From the human T2T-CHM13v2.0 reference genome, Homo sapiens: a stretch of DNA of 64,000 nt. The stretch lies in NCBI RefSeq assembly GCF_009914755.1, contig NC_060931.1. The stretch is one strand, 5' to 3'. This document shows, piece by piece, positions 18,052-40,200 of this stretch. Position 1 is the stretch's first letter. Each line of letters begins with the position of its first letter. The position numbers and the translations under genes are program-made. The notes below the pieces were generated by a model. It did no database searches and had not been told where the DNA came from. It saw nothing but the letters and a program-made list of their open reading frames with translations.

Positions 18052-18700
18052 TGTTTGTTCATTCAGCTAATATTTACTGAACACTTATGATGTGTCAAGT
18101 ACTGTGCTGAAAGGTGGTCATAAAAGGGTGAACAAGAAGGTGATATTCATCTTCCTATAGCTCACATCCTAGTGGCGGAGGCAGACAATAAGAATACAAA
18201 CATAAAATAATGACTAGTTGTAATAAGTGAAATTAAGCATTGTGATAAGTGCAACTAAGGAAATAAACAAGATTTGGTGAAAGAGAATAATGGGATTTGA
18301 GTCCACAAACCCTACTTTAAATAGTGTAGTCTGTAGGTGAGACCTGCTGTAAGAAGGAGCTGCTGGGTGAAATATGGGAAGGGAAATTATCCCCAAAGAG
18401 GAAACAGGTGCAGAGTCTCTGAAGCGGGACTGACAGAAGGTCATCATGGGCATGAAATAGTGAGTTAGGAGATGGGCATGAGAAGTACAGTCAGAAGAAC
18501 AGGACAGGGCTCAGATGATAGTGCAGGGCATGGTAGGCTGAGGAAGGAGTTCAGACTTAATCTAAGTAAAAAGAGAACCTTTGAATAGTGTTAAGTAAGG
18601 GAACAATAAGGTCAGAGTACATTTTTAAAAGAATGCTTTGACTGCTGTGTAGAAAATGGGCTTTGGGGAGCAAGTCTGGAAGCAAGGAACTAGTTAGGAA
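18052..18700 (-). mobile_element. L2 3' region
   Basis: ttcattcagctaatatttactgaacac..tgtgtcaagtactgtgctg L2 end signature. Confidence 0.7.
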
Positions 18701-18709
18701 GCTCTAGAA

Positions 18710-18953
18710 CAAGTTTGCCCAACCTGTAGCCCATGGGCCACATGTGGGTCGGGACGGCTTTTTTTTTTTTTTTTCAGGACAGTTTTGAATGCGGACCAAC
18801 ACAAATTTGTAAACTTTCTTAAACATTATGAGAGTTTTTTGCAATTTTTTTATAGCTTATCAGCTGTCATTAGGGTTAGTGTATTTTATGTGTGGCCCAA
18901 GACAATTCTTCTTCCAATGTGGCCCAGGGAAGCCAAAAGTTTGGACACCCCTG
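18710..18953 (-). mobile_element. MER30-like hAT-Charlie DNA transposon fossil
   Basis: Ends caag.. and ..ttggacacccctg; 8-bp degenerate TSD ctctagaa/ttctggaa. Confidence 0.82.
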
Positions 18954-18963
18954 TTCTGGAAGA

Positions 18964-19748
<785 letters not shown>

Positions 19749-19807
19749 CCTGGAGGCTCTCATGGGGTCAAGGCAGGAGTTGGTAGCTTGAGATCTGCAA
19801 GCAACTT

Positions 19808-20690
<883 letters not shown>

Positions 20691-21512
20691 AACAGGAGTT
20701 GGTGGCTTGGACTAGGGTGATAGTGCTGAGTAGTAACTTTATGCAGATTACTACCATACTTAATCTTCAACTGCGATTGCTTCCCTCTGTCTCTCTCTTT
20801 TGATTAATAACTCCATTTGCTTGCAGTTGCATCTCCTCATGTCTAAACACTCAAAGAGCCCTTTAGTTTCCCAGTCCTTGGCTGATCCTTTCTCCATCCA
20901 GTCTTCCTATAACTGTCGGGACAATATCGTGGCTACCTTCCCTCATCCCTATGCAAGAACTGGTGGTGGATTCTGAACAAACCAAAGTGATTCTGCCTTG
21001 TATTCAAGGAATTCTATCAGACGAACCAACTCTACTTGTACAAGCGTATGGCTTTACTAGTCTTTAAACACTACTTATTTCAACTTCTGGCAACAGCTTG
21101 GTTATTCATCTAAAAAGCATCCATTATGCCTTCTATGTCAAACATGTTGTTAAACATGATGCTTTCGCCCGTGTTCACTAAGTTAATCTTTACAACCAAC
21201 CCATGAGATTGGTTTTATTATCCTCATTTCTCTAATATGAAACTAAGAGTTAGAGGGGTTTCCTTGTTCAAGATAAAAAACTAGTAAGAAGCAGAGCTGG
21301 GATTTGAACCTAAGTTCTCTGATTCCATGCCCAGTGTCCTTTCTTGAGCTTTTCTCTTGCAAACTCTCAATTGTATCAATCTGTGATACTTTCTCTTTGG
21401 CTTTCTGTTGACGCACAGCTACTTCTACTCTCCAACCCTTTCAAGAACTTTCTTGAAATTTGTCTCATATGGAAGTCTTTGTCATTTTTTCTCATGCTTT
21501 GAACATAGTTGA

Positions 21513-21824
<312 letters not shown>

Positions 21825-23446
21825 TACAGACTGTTTTGTATGGTGACAATATCAATTGCAATTAGTTCGTTGGCCTCCAGTAATTCTATTTCTCTACAAC
21901 CTGTCTCTTCAACCAGATATCAGGATTCCCAAGGGCAGAAGCAAGCAATATAGTCTTCCTTATTTTTTTGGTATTAGCTTTTAGTACTCAGAAAAATGCA
22001 GTTTTATTTACCCATAATTGTTGCTTGTCTAATAAATGGGTAAATAAAACAAGAACCTTGCATTAAATCCATGTATCTGGCTGCAGATAATTCTCCACAT
22101 CCTTTGATTTTCTTCTTACATTCACAGAATCTAAGTCCTAATAAGAACCATTTCCCTTCTTTTTGGCAATAAAAATCCCAACATGTTCCCTATTGTGGTA
22201 TCTTATTTGATAACCTTTCTAATTAGCGTTACATTTTAAATGCTTTTATAGTGCCTCATTACATATTTGTCCAATAGTCCATGACAGTTCAGATATGTAA
22301 TTGCTATTATGGATTACCTGGTGACCATCATTAAGTAATTAGAGAGACTTAAACATGTGTAGTGCTAATTAGGAAAGTTATCAACTATGGGCAGTTAAGA
22401 TAATAGGGAACATCATGATGATTTTGTTTCGGAACTGCAGTAAAAACATGGCTACAGGGAAATGGATGAATCTTTTGTGAATTTAGTGCCTGAGGAAGTA
22501 AGGAGCCATTTTAACAATGGAGAATTTGGCACAGCAGAAAGTGACTTTGCGAATTGTGCCCTCTTTTTGTCACTCCATTAATAACTGACTGTGACTGCCA
22601 AAATACTTCTTCTGGACTGTACTAGGGAAGCAAAAGGGGTCAAGCCTGGAGTAAGATATACTCATAGAGGGTCCCTTAACTGCTCCCTTAGATCAGTCCC
22701 CCAAATCAATATCACTCTATTTTCAGCCTCACGTTCACAGCCCCGTGATCTATTAGGCCTTTACTCAACATATTCTATTAAGTGGTGTGGATTTTTGCCC
22801 TCATGAAAAAATAATGACTGCTTTATTAAGAATCATCCAAGATTGCCCAAAGTTCTTACAAAGGCCACTTGACCCTGACCATTGTTTCAAATAGTTCTTG
22901 AAATGTTGGAGAATTGTTACAGCATGAAAGCAAGGAATGTGACATGTTCTCCGAGGGAATGTGATATGCTTTTGGGAGGTTTCATTTTTTTGTAAAGAAA
23001 TAGTATTTCACTGTTCCTAAATGGTAAGAAGCAGATTTGGTGGGACTGTGAGGGAGTAAACTAGTTGCTTAAATGCCATTTCAGAAACATATATAAAATG
23101 ATATGTGACATTTTGTATGTATATGCATATTTTTCTTAGGGGAAGGGCTACACTTTCATCAGATTCTGCCCTTGAGCCTTTGGTAAGCTGGGACATAGAT
23201 GCACATTACATGCCAGGCACCATGGAACGATACCATGTAAGAGACTTAGGATGCTCTATTGTTAGTATTACTAAAAAATAATCATAGCTAAAATTCAACC
23301 GGTGAGACAAACATTTTTGGGCCCAGTATGCTTCTGCTGCGTGACTGCGTGACTCTGCTGAGACAAACGTTCTTTTTTTTTTTTTTTTTTTTTTGGACTG
23401 CAGGCAAACACTAGTCTGTTTCTGGTTGGAACAAACTTGTGTCTGA

Positions 23447-27100
<3,654 letters not shown>

Positions 27101-28094
27101 GAGACAAACATTCTAACCTCCCAGAGCTACCTCTCCTAATTATATGGCAAAGAGCTATGGAGACTTCAGGGTCATCTCAAGGTCATTATTGTCCAACAGG
27201 GGTCTGTTGGCTGCCTGGAGACCTCTCTGGGTCTTGGGAGAAAAAGAGAAGAGGCTGGATTTTGACTCCTTAACCATAGAATGTTCCAGAGTCCCTTTGC
27301 CGCCTTATGACTCAGGCAGTCATGACTTCTTCATGACTTCAACATTTAGGTAGGTTCAAGGCACATCTTGCTGGAACAGGGGTAGCTGTCCTCTGAAATG
27401 ATTGTGGGGCTGTTGGTTCATATGGACCCGTATATGCACTTTAATCCCCCTTTCCCTCCCCATCCAGTCATAGTTGGTGACCCAAACTGTGTGTTCAGAC
27501 ACTTGAGTTTGCCACTTTATTTTATTCAATCTTGTCCGCTAATCTTGAACTCACTAATTTTAGGGCCTGGGAAATTTCTGACTTCTTCATACATGAAATT
27601 TAGGATGAGATTAGTGAAGTAAAAATGGACATTTTGGCAGGTATTTTCTCTTTCAGGTGAGATAAAAACATCTTCATATATTCCTCCTCTTCCCCAAATT
27701 GAGCATCTGTTTATGTGTGACTGGGCAGTTTGCCCTCCTCTATTAAAGTTGAAGCTATTTCCTGGTTAATTATTTCCTCTCTTAATTTGGCAAACATGTG
27801 TGGCATGCTGCTGTGTGCATGGTGCAGACTGTCATGAAAGACATAAGCAGGGCCAGTGAACTGCCCTGCCCTGGGCTATTGGAGAAGTAGCTCATTTCAT
27901 GGGAAGTTTATTAATGTAAGTGCTGAACAACAATTCAAGGCAGCGTTAAGGGAGGTATAACCAGGCTTGTAAGATCACGATATTCTCCTGAAGGAGATGG
28001 GGCTTGACCTGAGTCTTGAAGGATGGCAGAGAGTAGGCAAGGAGGACATCTCAAGTGGGGGAACTGGTGTAAGCTAAGGAATGAGGTTAATGAA

Positions 28095-28098
<4 letters not shown>

Positions 28099-28142
<44 letters not shown>
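28099..28142. repeat. (GT)22 microsatellite
   Basis: Perfect dinucleotide run. Confidence 0.95.
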
Positions 28143-28144
<2 letters not shown>

Positions 28145-28878
28145 AAAGAGAGGAAGGCAATAAGACTAGACAGAAAGGTAAACCAGGAACAGATCATGGG
28201 AGATCTGGAATTCTATGTGTACTTAAATCTTGATCCAATAGATCATGGACATTATTAGAGAGCTTATTAATAGGTTGAGGGAAGAAATCTGACACCTGTA
28301 AAGCACCCATGATGTGCCAAGCTCTGTGCTTGGTCTTTTACTTACATAAATAATTTCATCTCAAAATTATCTCTCCAGGAAGCATCTTCATTTTTCAGCT
28401 TTAAGAAATGTTTTTATTATGGACTATTATGTGCCTCTTGATAAAAGTACAAAAATCACCCATAAAGTATTCTTGCCAAAAATAGAGCTTCTATGGCGTC
28501 AAGTCTCTAAATACTACCAATAGGTTACAGGCCAGCAGAGAACAGAGGAGCATGTTAAATGATACATGAAATACAAAAATACAATCCAGAATCCCAGAAA
28601 GTACAGGATGAAAACAATAAAAAAGATTAAGAAAATTGGAAAATTACAAACATATACAAAAAAAGAGAAAATAGTATAATAAACTCTCCATGTATCCATC
28701 ACTTAGCTTCAGCAATTGTCAACTTATGGCCAGTCTTGTTTCATTGATATCCCCTTTATCATCCCTCCAGTAATTACTTTGAAGGAAATCCCAGTTGTCA
28801 CATCTCTTCAACCACAAATATTTCAATGTATGTCTTTAAAAGATAAAGACTCTTAAAAAAAATAACTACAGTGGGAAG

Positions 28879-29194
<316 letters not shown>

Positions 29195-30608
29195 TTAATA
29201 ATAATTCCTTAATATCTATGTCATCAAATATCCAGCCATTGTTCACATTCGCTTGATTGTCACATATATTAAAAACAAATAATTTCTTTTGTTTCAATCA
29301 CAATCCAAATAAAGCGTATACATTGAAAGTGGTTGTTATGTCTCTTAAGTCCCTTTTAATTGAAAAGCTCCTCCTCCGTTTCCTTTTTTCCCTTGGAGAT
29401 TATTTGTTGAAGAAACTAGGATCCGTCCTGAGTGTTTGCACATTCTGAAGTTGGCTGATGCATGCCCTTCTTTGGTGCAATGTGTTTCCCTCCCCTTTGT
29501 TTTCCTGTAAACTGGTAGTGCTGGCTGTTTACAAGGGCTCGATCACATTCCAAGTCCATCTTTTGGTGACAATACTTAGAGGTCGTGATGTATATTTTCA
29601 TGAGGAGGCACAAAATGGCTGGTTGTCTCTCGTTTTGTAGTTTATCTAATTTAAGCAACTCTGTAGCCAGGAAGTGGAGGAGCACTGAGAAGTTGACACT
29701 GAGGTCTCTGGTTCCAAACCTGCGCTCCAGCCGTCTCCTCCCATCGCCCTCTGAGATTAATCTGGCCGGGAGGACGGAAAGGGTCCATGGGGATGGAAGC
29801 TGGGAGCAGGGAGACGAATCCATCTCCACATTGATGTTCTGGACACTCCACTGGGCTCCAGCAGGCAGCGGTTGCAGTGATCCAGGAAGGCAGCAACAAG
29901 GGTGACCGCAGGGACTGTCATCTCTCTGAGGAGGAAGGTGCAAACCACAGGTCATATTTTGGTTCCTGTAATTATATTCAAAGGAGTCCCAGGTACCTGG
30001 TTATGCAGAAACCTCTAGGTTTTGGTGATTTTTGAATGCTCACCTGAACTCTTGGGGATAACAGAGGAATCAGAATTATGCAGAACTGTTAACAGAGAAT
30101 TTTGGTGACTTTAAAATGCTTTATTTCTTTGTACTGCACCTTTTGGATTTTTGGAAAATTTTGGAAAAGATGGAAAAATTTTTCTTCTTAAATTGTATAG
30201 GCTTACTGTTTTTTCAGATAACAGCATCACACGCTTATTAAGACACACACATACACACATACACACACCCTCCATCTCAGAAATGCTTACCATAAAAATC
30301 CTACCTGACAGATAAAGTGTGGAAGAAAATCTGCTAAACTGTTACCTCTAGTTATCTCTGGTAGTTGTGTGGGGAGGGGATCACAGGAGCTGACATTTAG
30401 TGCTAACTCTTGTGTTTGAACTTGTTTGAGCATGTAGTCTATTTGTCATTGGGAACTCCCCACCCAAAACCCAACCAATTTGGATGTGATGAAAAGTAAT
30501 CATAATAAAATGGCGCCATATTAGACATGGTTTTACAAATTGCTTTTTAATTTAACACTATATCTAGGGAGGTGGAGTTATTATTGTATAGGCAGTTATG
30601 GTAGTTCT

Positions 30609-31211
<603 letters not shown>

Positions 31212-33888
31212 CTATAGTAGTTCTTATAACTATAGTTACTATGTAGGCATTGCTCAGAAATTGTAATCATGGAGGTAAAAAAATCGAAGGCATACTTCTT
31301 ATTAATTGATCAGTGGTAGGCTTATGTAATTTATTAGTACAAATAATTGGTATGCTGCTTCGTTCTGGGAATCCAGAAGATCCAAGTCTTAATCCTGTTT
31401 TAAATTTGTTCTGCCTCCATCCTCTGCCTGGATTTGGCCGGCGTGCAGTCCAGGAAGCCCTGCAGCCAGTGGACTTTCTCAGGAAACCTCTTTCCATCAT
31501 GGGCAAAGTGCTTGGCAGTGGTTCTCTTTCTTCTTTTCATCTTTTGCTCCCATAGACTACAAGACAGAATCTTCTTTCCAAATAACTTTTTTAAAAACTC
31601 CCCCATAGGATGTCAAGGTGAGACATTGTGACAAACCTATTTGACTTATTAATCATGTGCCAAGTGCTCAGGGCCAGAAGTGAACACTGTGGTTCAAGCA
31701 AAAGTAAAAAGCAGAGTCCCTGTCCTGAAGTTTCTAAATATATATTTTCCTAAATAACCCAGTGCTGAGCAGAAGCTGTCTTAACTTTGGTGGTACTTCT
31801 GGGGACTGAGTTCATCTCCCCTCTCTGAATTGCCAGGTTGTGGGATGAGTTCGGAAGTGAGGCTGCAGCCAGGGATTGAGCATTGGGTTTCTGCATGCAT
31901 CTGCACATTTCCTCAAATGCAGTCCACAGGCCACAGTGCAATTAAACACCCAAACTGCCAAGTTGAGTTTCTGAATCCAGTACATCTCCCTAGGCCTGAC
32001 TTGCATATTAAAGACATCCACTAACGCATACTATCAATGTATAATCTGTCTACCTGTCATATGTACCCCTCTGAAGTATATTTCATTTTTAAATGATTGT
32101 ATTTTAAAGACCAGAAATAATAGATATGGAGCTTAGAGTATAATTATCAAAAAGCTTACGAATAATTAGCAAAACAAAAGCCACCCCAGAAACTGAATTC
32201 ATGCAAGCATATTTCTGCCAGCTTGGGTTTTAGATGAACACATTATCTGCAATCCTTTTCTCAAATGGAGTGCCATTTACAGATATCTGCCAAGCCTCAT
32301 CAGAACAAACAAACCCCTAGAATCAGAGTTAGCATATAAAGTGTGGGTGGACAGGGCAACAATCTTTTCCCCAGGGCTCTCTTTTATCAGTGGCCCTGAC
32401 CAAAGAATAGAACCCAGTGTTTTATGTTTCAAGTGTACCATATGGCATGATATGAGTGCACTTTAATGACTTATTAGCATATTCTTCCAACTAAGCTTTC
32501 CTAGTTAAACCAGCTTGACAAAAGCTGAATTTTAAAATATTTGCATGAAACCTCCCGGAATAAACATGGCTCGGTCATTGGTTTGCTTTCGCTTGTAGAT
32601 AAAAAAGAAGCCACTGATCCTTCATGACAAGACTCATGAAAAACATTGAGTTGGCCACCTCTTCTCTACCCCTCAGGAGCTGAAGATTTTTGGAATGTCT
32701 GCAGCATTATTTAGACATTTTCTCTCCCCATGGCATGAAGACTCCCCACTCTGCCTAGATTCCGTGCTTTACATAATGCTTATTCTGCCTTCTGTGACCT
32801 TGATCCTTCCTTTGTGGGAATGAGATTTTCTGGCTGAGATCTAGTCACCTGCCTGACTCATGAAAAAGCCTTTTAGCCTTTGGAGGAGGACAAGGCACCA
32901 GATCAGGGCTTGGGACTTCTCACTGTGGCTTGGTTAGGAGTGATATGAACCGGGGGTGAGTCATGTTTCCCTTGAGACTGCCCAAATTTTCTCTGTGAAA
33001 ATAAGGTCTGCTAGGAGGAAGGCAGACAGGATGGAGACATCCTCGTTACCTAAACAGAGGAAGCCAGCCTCTCTGTCTACTATTGCATGTGCTGTAGTGG
33101 TTTTTTTTTTTTTTTCTTTTCAGATTTGTCTAAGTGTCCCTTTTCTCTCTTTCTCAAGTCAGTTCTTGATACTTTTTGTAGATCAGATTGCTCTTAGTAG
33201 AGGTTACCAGTGACCACATATGATGAAGGTGACCATCCTTGGTGACCCTACAATAAGGCTTCCTTGTCATCTCTAGTGCAACCACAATAATATGGGTATG
33301 TGAATACTGATTTTTCTTTAGAAAACCTATTTTATGGCAAACACTGACAGAAACCCCTTCTCCATAGTTATTTTCCAGTTAGAGTAGCCATGTGACACTG
33401 TTATGACCATAACATAAGTGGAAGTCTGTTGGACACAGTTTCTGGGAAAACTTTTGTTTTTCTGGTAAAAACAGACAAATCCAGCTGGCCTGTGCCTTGC
33501 CTTTACTTCTATCTTCTTGTGTGGAATGTAGATGAAATGGCTTGAGGTGCTGCAGCCATCTTGTAATCATGAAATGACAAGCAATTGAATAGAAGCCAAC
33601 ACACCAAATAAATTAAAAAAATACATTTCATATGTTAAGGCACTATTCTTCAGGTTTTGTGCAATCCCACTTTGTGGATTAGGAAACTGAAGTGAGAGTG
33701 GTTGAGTGACTTGCTCAAGATCAAACAAGTCCTCTGACTTTAAGCACTGTGCTTTTTCTATGTATTTTGTTAACAAGTCAGAGTCGATACTTTTTACTGT
33801 TATTGTGTTCTTACTAAATGCCAGAGTCTATGCTAATCTTTTTATATTCATTACTTTATTTAACCTTTACAAAAACCCTGTGAAGTAG

Positions 33889-34249
33889 TGCTATTAACTG
33901 AATTCTGTGGCCCCAAGATTCATATGTTGAAGCCCTAACCTCCAGTGTGACTGTATTTGGAGAAAGGGCCTTTAAGAGGTGACTAAGGTTAAATGACATC
34001 ATAAGGGTGGGACAATAATTTAATAGAATTAGTGTCCTTATAAGAAGAGACACCAGAGAACACCTTCTCCAACCCCTACCATATGAGTTGGCCATCTACA
34101 AGCCAGGAAGAGGTTCCTCTCCAGAACCTGAATTGGCCATCACCTTAATCTTGCATTTCCCAGTCTCCAAAACTGTGATAAATCGATTTCTGTTGTTTAA
34201 GCCACCCAGTCTGTGGTATTTTGTTACAGCAGCCCGAGCAGACTAAGAG
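33889..34249 (+). mobile_element. MLT1A-type MaLR solo LTR inserted in a MIR
   Basis: gattcatatgttgaagccctaacc..tttaagccacccagtctgtggtattttgttacagcagcc; agtag on both flanks. Confidence 0.8.
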
Positions 34250-34456
34250 AAGTAGATACTATTATTATGTCCCTTTTACAAATGAGGAAAATGAAGCTTA
34301 GAAAAGTTAAGTATTCTCAAGGCCACACAGCTAGTAAGTGGTACTTTTCCTTTCTTCAAGAGACAACATCCTTGTGGCCAATATGTGGTCAGTCCTGTTA
34401 ATATGTGTATACCAGATTATTTCAATTTTTTAAAGTAGTAAAATAATACTTCAGAA

Positions 34457-34999
34457 CAGTGGTTAGTAAATTTTTTCTGAAAAGAACTAGCTAGAAAATA
34501 GTTCAGGTTGGCCGGGCACAGTGGCTCATGCCTGTAATACCAGCAGTTTAGGAGGCTGAGGTGGGTGGACCACCAGAGGTCAGGAGTTTGAGACCAGCCT
34601 GGCCAACATGGTGAAACCCCATTTCTACTAAAAATACAAAAATTAGCCAGGCCTGGTGGCATACTCCTATAATACTAGCTACTCAGGAGGCTGAGGCTGG
34701 AGAATCGCTTGAACCCAGGGGGCAGAGATTGTAGTGAGCCGAGATTACACCATTGCACTCCAGTCTGGGCGATAAGAGCAAAACTCTGTTTCTCAACAAC
34801 AACAACAACAAAAAGAAAATAGTTCAGGTTTTGTGGACCATATGGTCTCTGTTGGAACTACTCAATTCTGCACTGTGAAGGCAGCCATGGACAATTCGAG
34901 AGTGAATGGGCATGGCCATACTCAGATAAAGCTTTACTTGCAAAATCAGGTAGTGAGCTGGATTTGGCTCATGCCCAGGTCATGGTTTGCTGATTATTG
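34457..34999 (+). mobile_element. MER58A-like hAT fossil split by AluS (34509-34814)
   Basis: ccatatggtctctgttggaactactcaattctg motif; Alu TSD agaaaatagttcaggtt. Confidence 0.75.
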
Positions 35000-35498
35000 C
35001 TTTAAAGCAATGTTAAAATGGCAATGCTTTTAAAATGAGACGTGCTGGGTTTGAATTCTGCTGTGTGACTTTGGGTAGATTCTATAACCTGGGCCTCATT
35101 TTCCAAGTTAGAATGGTAACACCTCTGCCAGCCACCAGGGTTGTCGTTGGGATCATGAAAGGTACTAGATGTGGAGGAGCTCTGAAGAAGAGCAAGTGCT
35201 TATGCAGATACAATTTGATATGGGTATAATTTGATATCTTTCAGAGTGCTCCTGGAAGCCCTAACCCAGGCAGAACATACTTAGTTTAAAGCCTGGACTC
35301 AGCTGAGACTGATATGGGTCACTCAGGGAAGGAAACTCCTCCTTGTACCGGGGGTCTTCGGTGCCCATCAGGCTATAACCTTCAGTGAGATGTGGAGTGG
35401 AGCCAGCCCTTGGGTGGATTCCAGGATCCCTGGCTCCCCGGTGGAGAGCTCTCTTCGGCTTTGAGCCTGCATCTTCAGTGCCGGAGCTATTTTTCTGA

Positions 35499-36063
<565 letters not shown>

Positions 36064-36139
36064 TGAGAATTTTAGAAAGCCAACTTCTTGAAAAAATGGA
36101 GAAGAAAGAAAGGAAGAAAACCCTTAAAAACATGTTTTA

Positions 36140-37200
<1,061 letters not shown>

Positions 37201-40200
37201 AAATTTTAAAAACTTAAACAAAACAAAACAAGTCTTAGGGAGCCAGAAAGGGCTTCTTTAAATCTGTTCTTCTTTTGAGTTGTAGAAACTTGTTAGCATG
37301 GCATTCACAGGCTGATCTGTTAAACTTTCTCTCCCACCACGTTCCCAGTCTGCCCATGTCCAGTTGTCCTGGGTTTCTTGGTCCTGACTGTATCATGTGG
37401 TTTTGGTGTGTGCCTTTGCTTCCAGTTCCACTTCTTAGAATGTTCTTCCATTTTCACCTTCCCTCCTTGGACACATACACTTCCCTCCTGCCAACTTTAT
37501 TTGGGCAACTCTTCCATTGCCTCTGAAGAAGGGCTCCAAAGGGAAATCTTCTCAGGCCCCCACCCCCCAAGCAGCAGAACCATTTCCTCCTCTACTCTCT
37601 CTCCTCCATGCTTCAGGTTCATCGTTAGTTTAACCCTGAGGTTGTATTGTCTTATTCATCTCTGTTTTCTTCCGGGCTTCTTATACACAGTAGGTACTTA
37701 AATACCCAGTGAATGGGAATAAAAGCAGCCAGAAGTAGTTGACATCAACAACCTTGGAGTGAGGAGACTGACTCTCATCTCTCTGTTGAACATGAAACAA
37801 GTACTTTATGTGTGAAGAAGGGCTTTGTAAACTGTCATCTGCCACTCATCTTCAAGGCCATTCTCTTTTAGAAGGAGTTGTGTTGATGGCCTTCATGTTG
37901 CTTGCCTTTAATTCCTACTTGTATGTTTCCTAAAGACATAGATCTCATGAGATGAAGTAGTGATTTGAGAACAAATCAGTGCCAGCTTTGCTCTTTTATG
38001 TCCAAAGAGAACGGACTCTTCTCTGAGATCCAGGGGATTTTATTTCTGGCTCTGTCCTCTATTTTCATGTTCTAGCCTATGACCAAGGCCTGTTTAGCAG
38101 CATGTCAGAATGAAGAGGGTCTGATCTCTGAAACCTGATCCTGACTGGCCACATCTCTAGCTCCAGAACACCTATACTGAAATTTCTGGAACCCTCCTCC
38201 CAACAGTTACCCTGTCAGAACCTCAGTCGGCTGCATGTCATCATCTTCATAGCCTTCTTTTCTATGGTCGCAAAATCAAGGGACAGCAATGCCAGCAAAT
38301 CCTGAAGCTTAATGTGGCTAATTAACTCACATATGCCACAGACAGGAGCCTGCACTATTTATGGCACCAAGAAGTGAGAAAATGTCCCCTACCATGGGTA
38401 TCAGGTAACTAACACAGTTCTGCCAAAGTTTGGTTGTGAAACACGAAGCCTCTGAAACCCGTTGGTGTTAAGTGCGCACCAAATATTCAATCCAGACATG
38501 TCGTGCTTGAACTATTCTGGGGCTCATAAACCTTTCATCAGAATCAGAGGTGAAATATTTGGCCTTATTTGTAAGTCCCATATTTCTAAAGACCTTGGGG
38601 GCTCATTTAGTATTCCCAGCAGAAGGTCACAAGGTTGGTTTTCAGGGATCCTGGTTTAGTGGAACTGATGATTTTAAGCAGGAGATACTTTCTTGATTTT
38701 CCAGAAACCAGTACCTCACTCCTCCTGCACAATTGCCTGCTCTGTCTCCTTCCCTCCCCCTAACAGCACCCCCTAAAAACCCCTAAACACAAGCACTGTT
38801 GTATATGTGGCTGTACAGAGCCCTTATGTTTTCTGACCAAAACACTCAAATTTTTATTTAATAATAATATTAGGGAAGGAGCCTACTCTTTTTAGGCAAA
38901 CTGTATTATGAAAGGCTTTTTTTCCCCATCAAAAATTAATGGAAGGGGGTGACAATTTCATAGCAACATGAAATCTAAGTGTTACAAGGGTCCTTTGAAA
39001 TCATCTAGTCCACTCTTCATTTTACAGAGGAAGCCACTGAGATCCAGGTGGGGTGACCGGCCCAGGAGCTCACAGTCGGGACTTGGCTCTACTAGGTCTC
39101 AAGCAAGTTACCTGATGATTCATTGCCTCAGTTTCCTCACAGAGATTCTAAGGATTGGATGAGATAATTCATCCAAAAATAATTAGCACAGTGCCTGGCA
39201 CAGAATGAATATTAGCCACTGATTTACTGATATTACTATTATTTCCCAGATCGTTTGTTGCTAAGTTTCACTCTTCATTGCACCTGGCTCTGTCCTTATG
39301 TCACCAACAGTATGCTCAAATCTGGACCTCAGAAGCTGCCTTATAATGGGAGGGTATGATGTATTTTTGGGGGATGTGATGATCTTATTTTTCCATATAT
39401 TCAAAGCCTCCAGAGGTTTAGAAGCCTCATGAACAAATTATCCCAACAGGTTGCTCCTAGGTTCCAATTATCACATAAGTTAAAAGCCAAATTTTTAAAA
39501 CAGAGTTGAAAATGTTTCCCTTATAAACCAGCTGCATACTTAAGATCACAGAGATTCTGTCTTGATGCTCTGTTTCTGTTAGAGATGTTTGAACAACCCG
39601 GGGCCATTATCTGCAAGTGTTATCTTCTCATTTACTGACTTCACTGCCTGTAATGTCCTTTCCTGAGACAGCCTTCCTTGAAGGTGGTGGCACTCCATCA
39701 GGCCCCTGGGGATGTCTGTGCTTTCTCTCAGGGAACGTCACTGTCCAACACATCAGCCCTCTTTGGGCCTCTCTTAGGAAATCTGCTGTTTGCTGTCTCC
39801 TCCAGGAAGGAGGTGGGCAGGAAGGAGCTCTTGACTTGGCTCACAGCTGTCTAACAAGAATAGCTAATGCTTCCTGAGCACGTATTATGTGCCAGGCTTT
39901 GCTTTAAGTATTTTACATTTATTTTCTCCTTGAATCTTCATAGCAATCCCATGAGTTAGGTATTATCAGTAGTTTCATTTTGCAGATGGAGAAATTGAGG
40001 CACCCAGAAGTTAAATACCTACTAAAGAGACAGGGTGCCCTCCCAGGGGTTCAAGCCAGGTTCCAACTCCCAGAGCTATGCCCTGCAGTGAACAACACTG
40101 TCTCATCCACAAATTGTGTGTCTGCTCCTGGGCAAAACAACCAGGTGTTCATTCAAAACAGAGTTCAAACCTGGCCCAACCTCACAGATCCTGGTTGATG

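Noticed and set aside
22400-22580. Peptide GYREMDESFVNLVPEEVRSHF as exon or transposase relic
   Set aside because: Too weak to assign; in-frame stops and no clear acceptor.
29416-29955. 179-aa minus-strand ORF as a gene
   Set aside because: No recognisable homology; C-terminal part runs into old L1 sequence.
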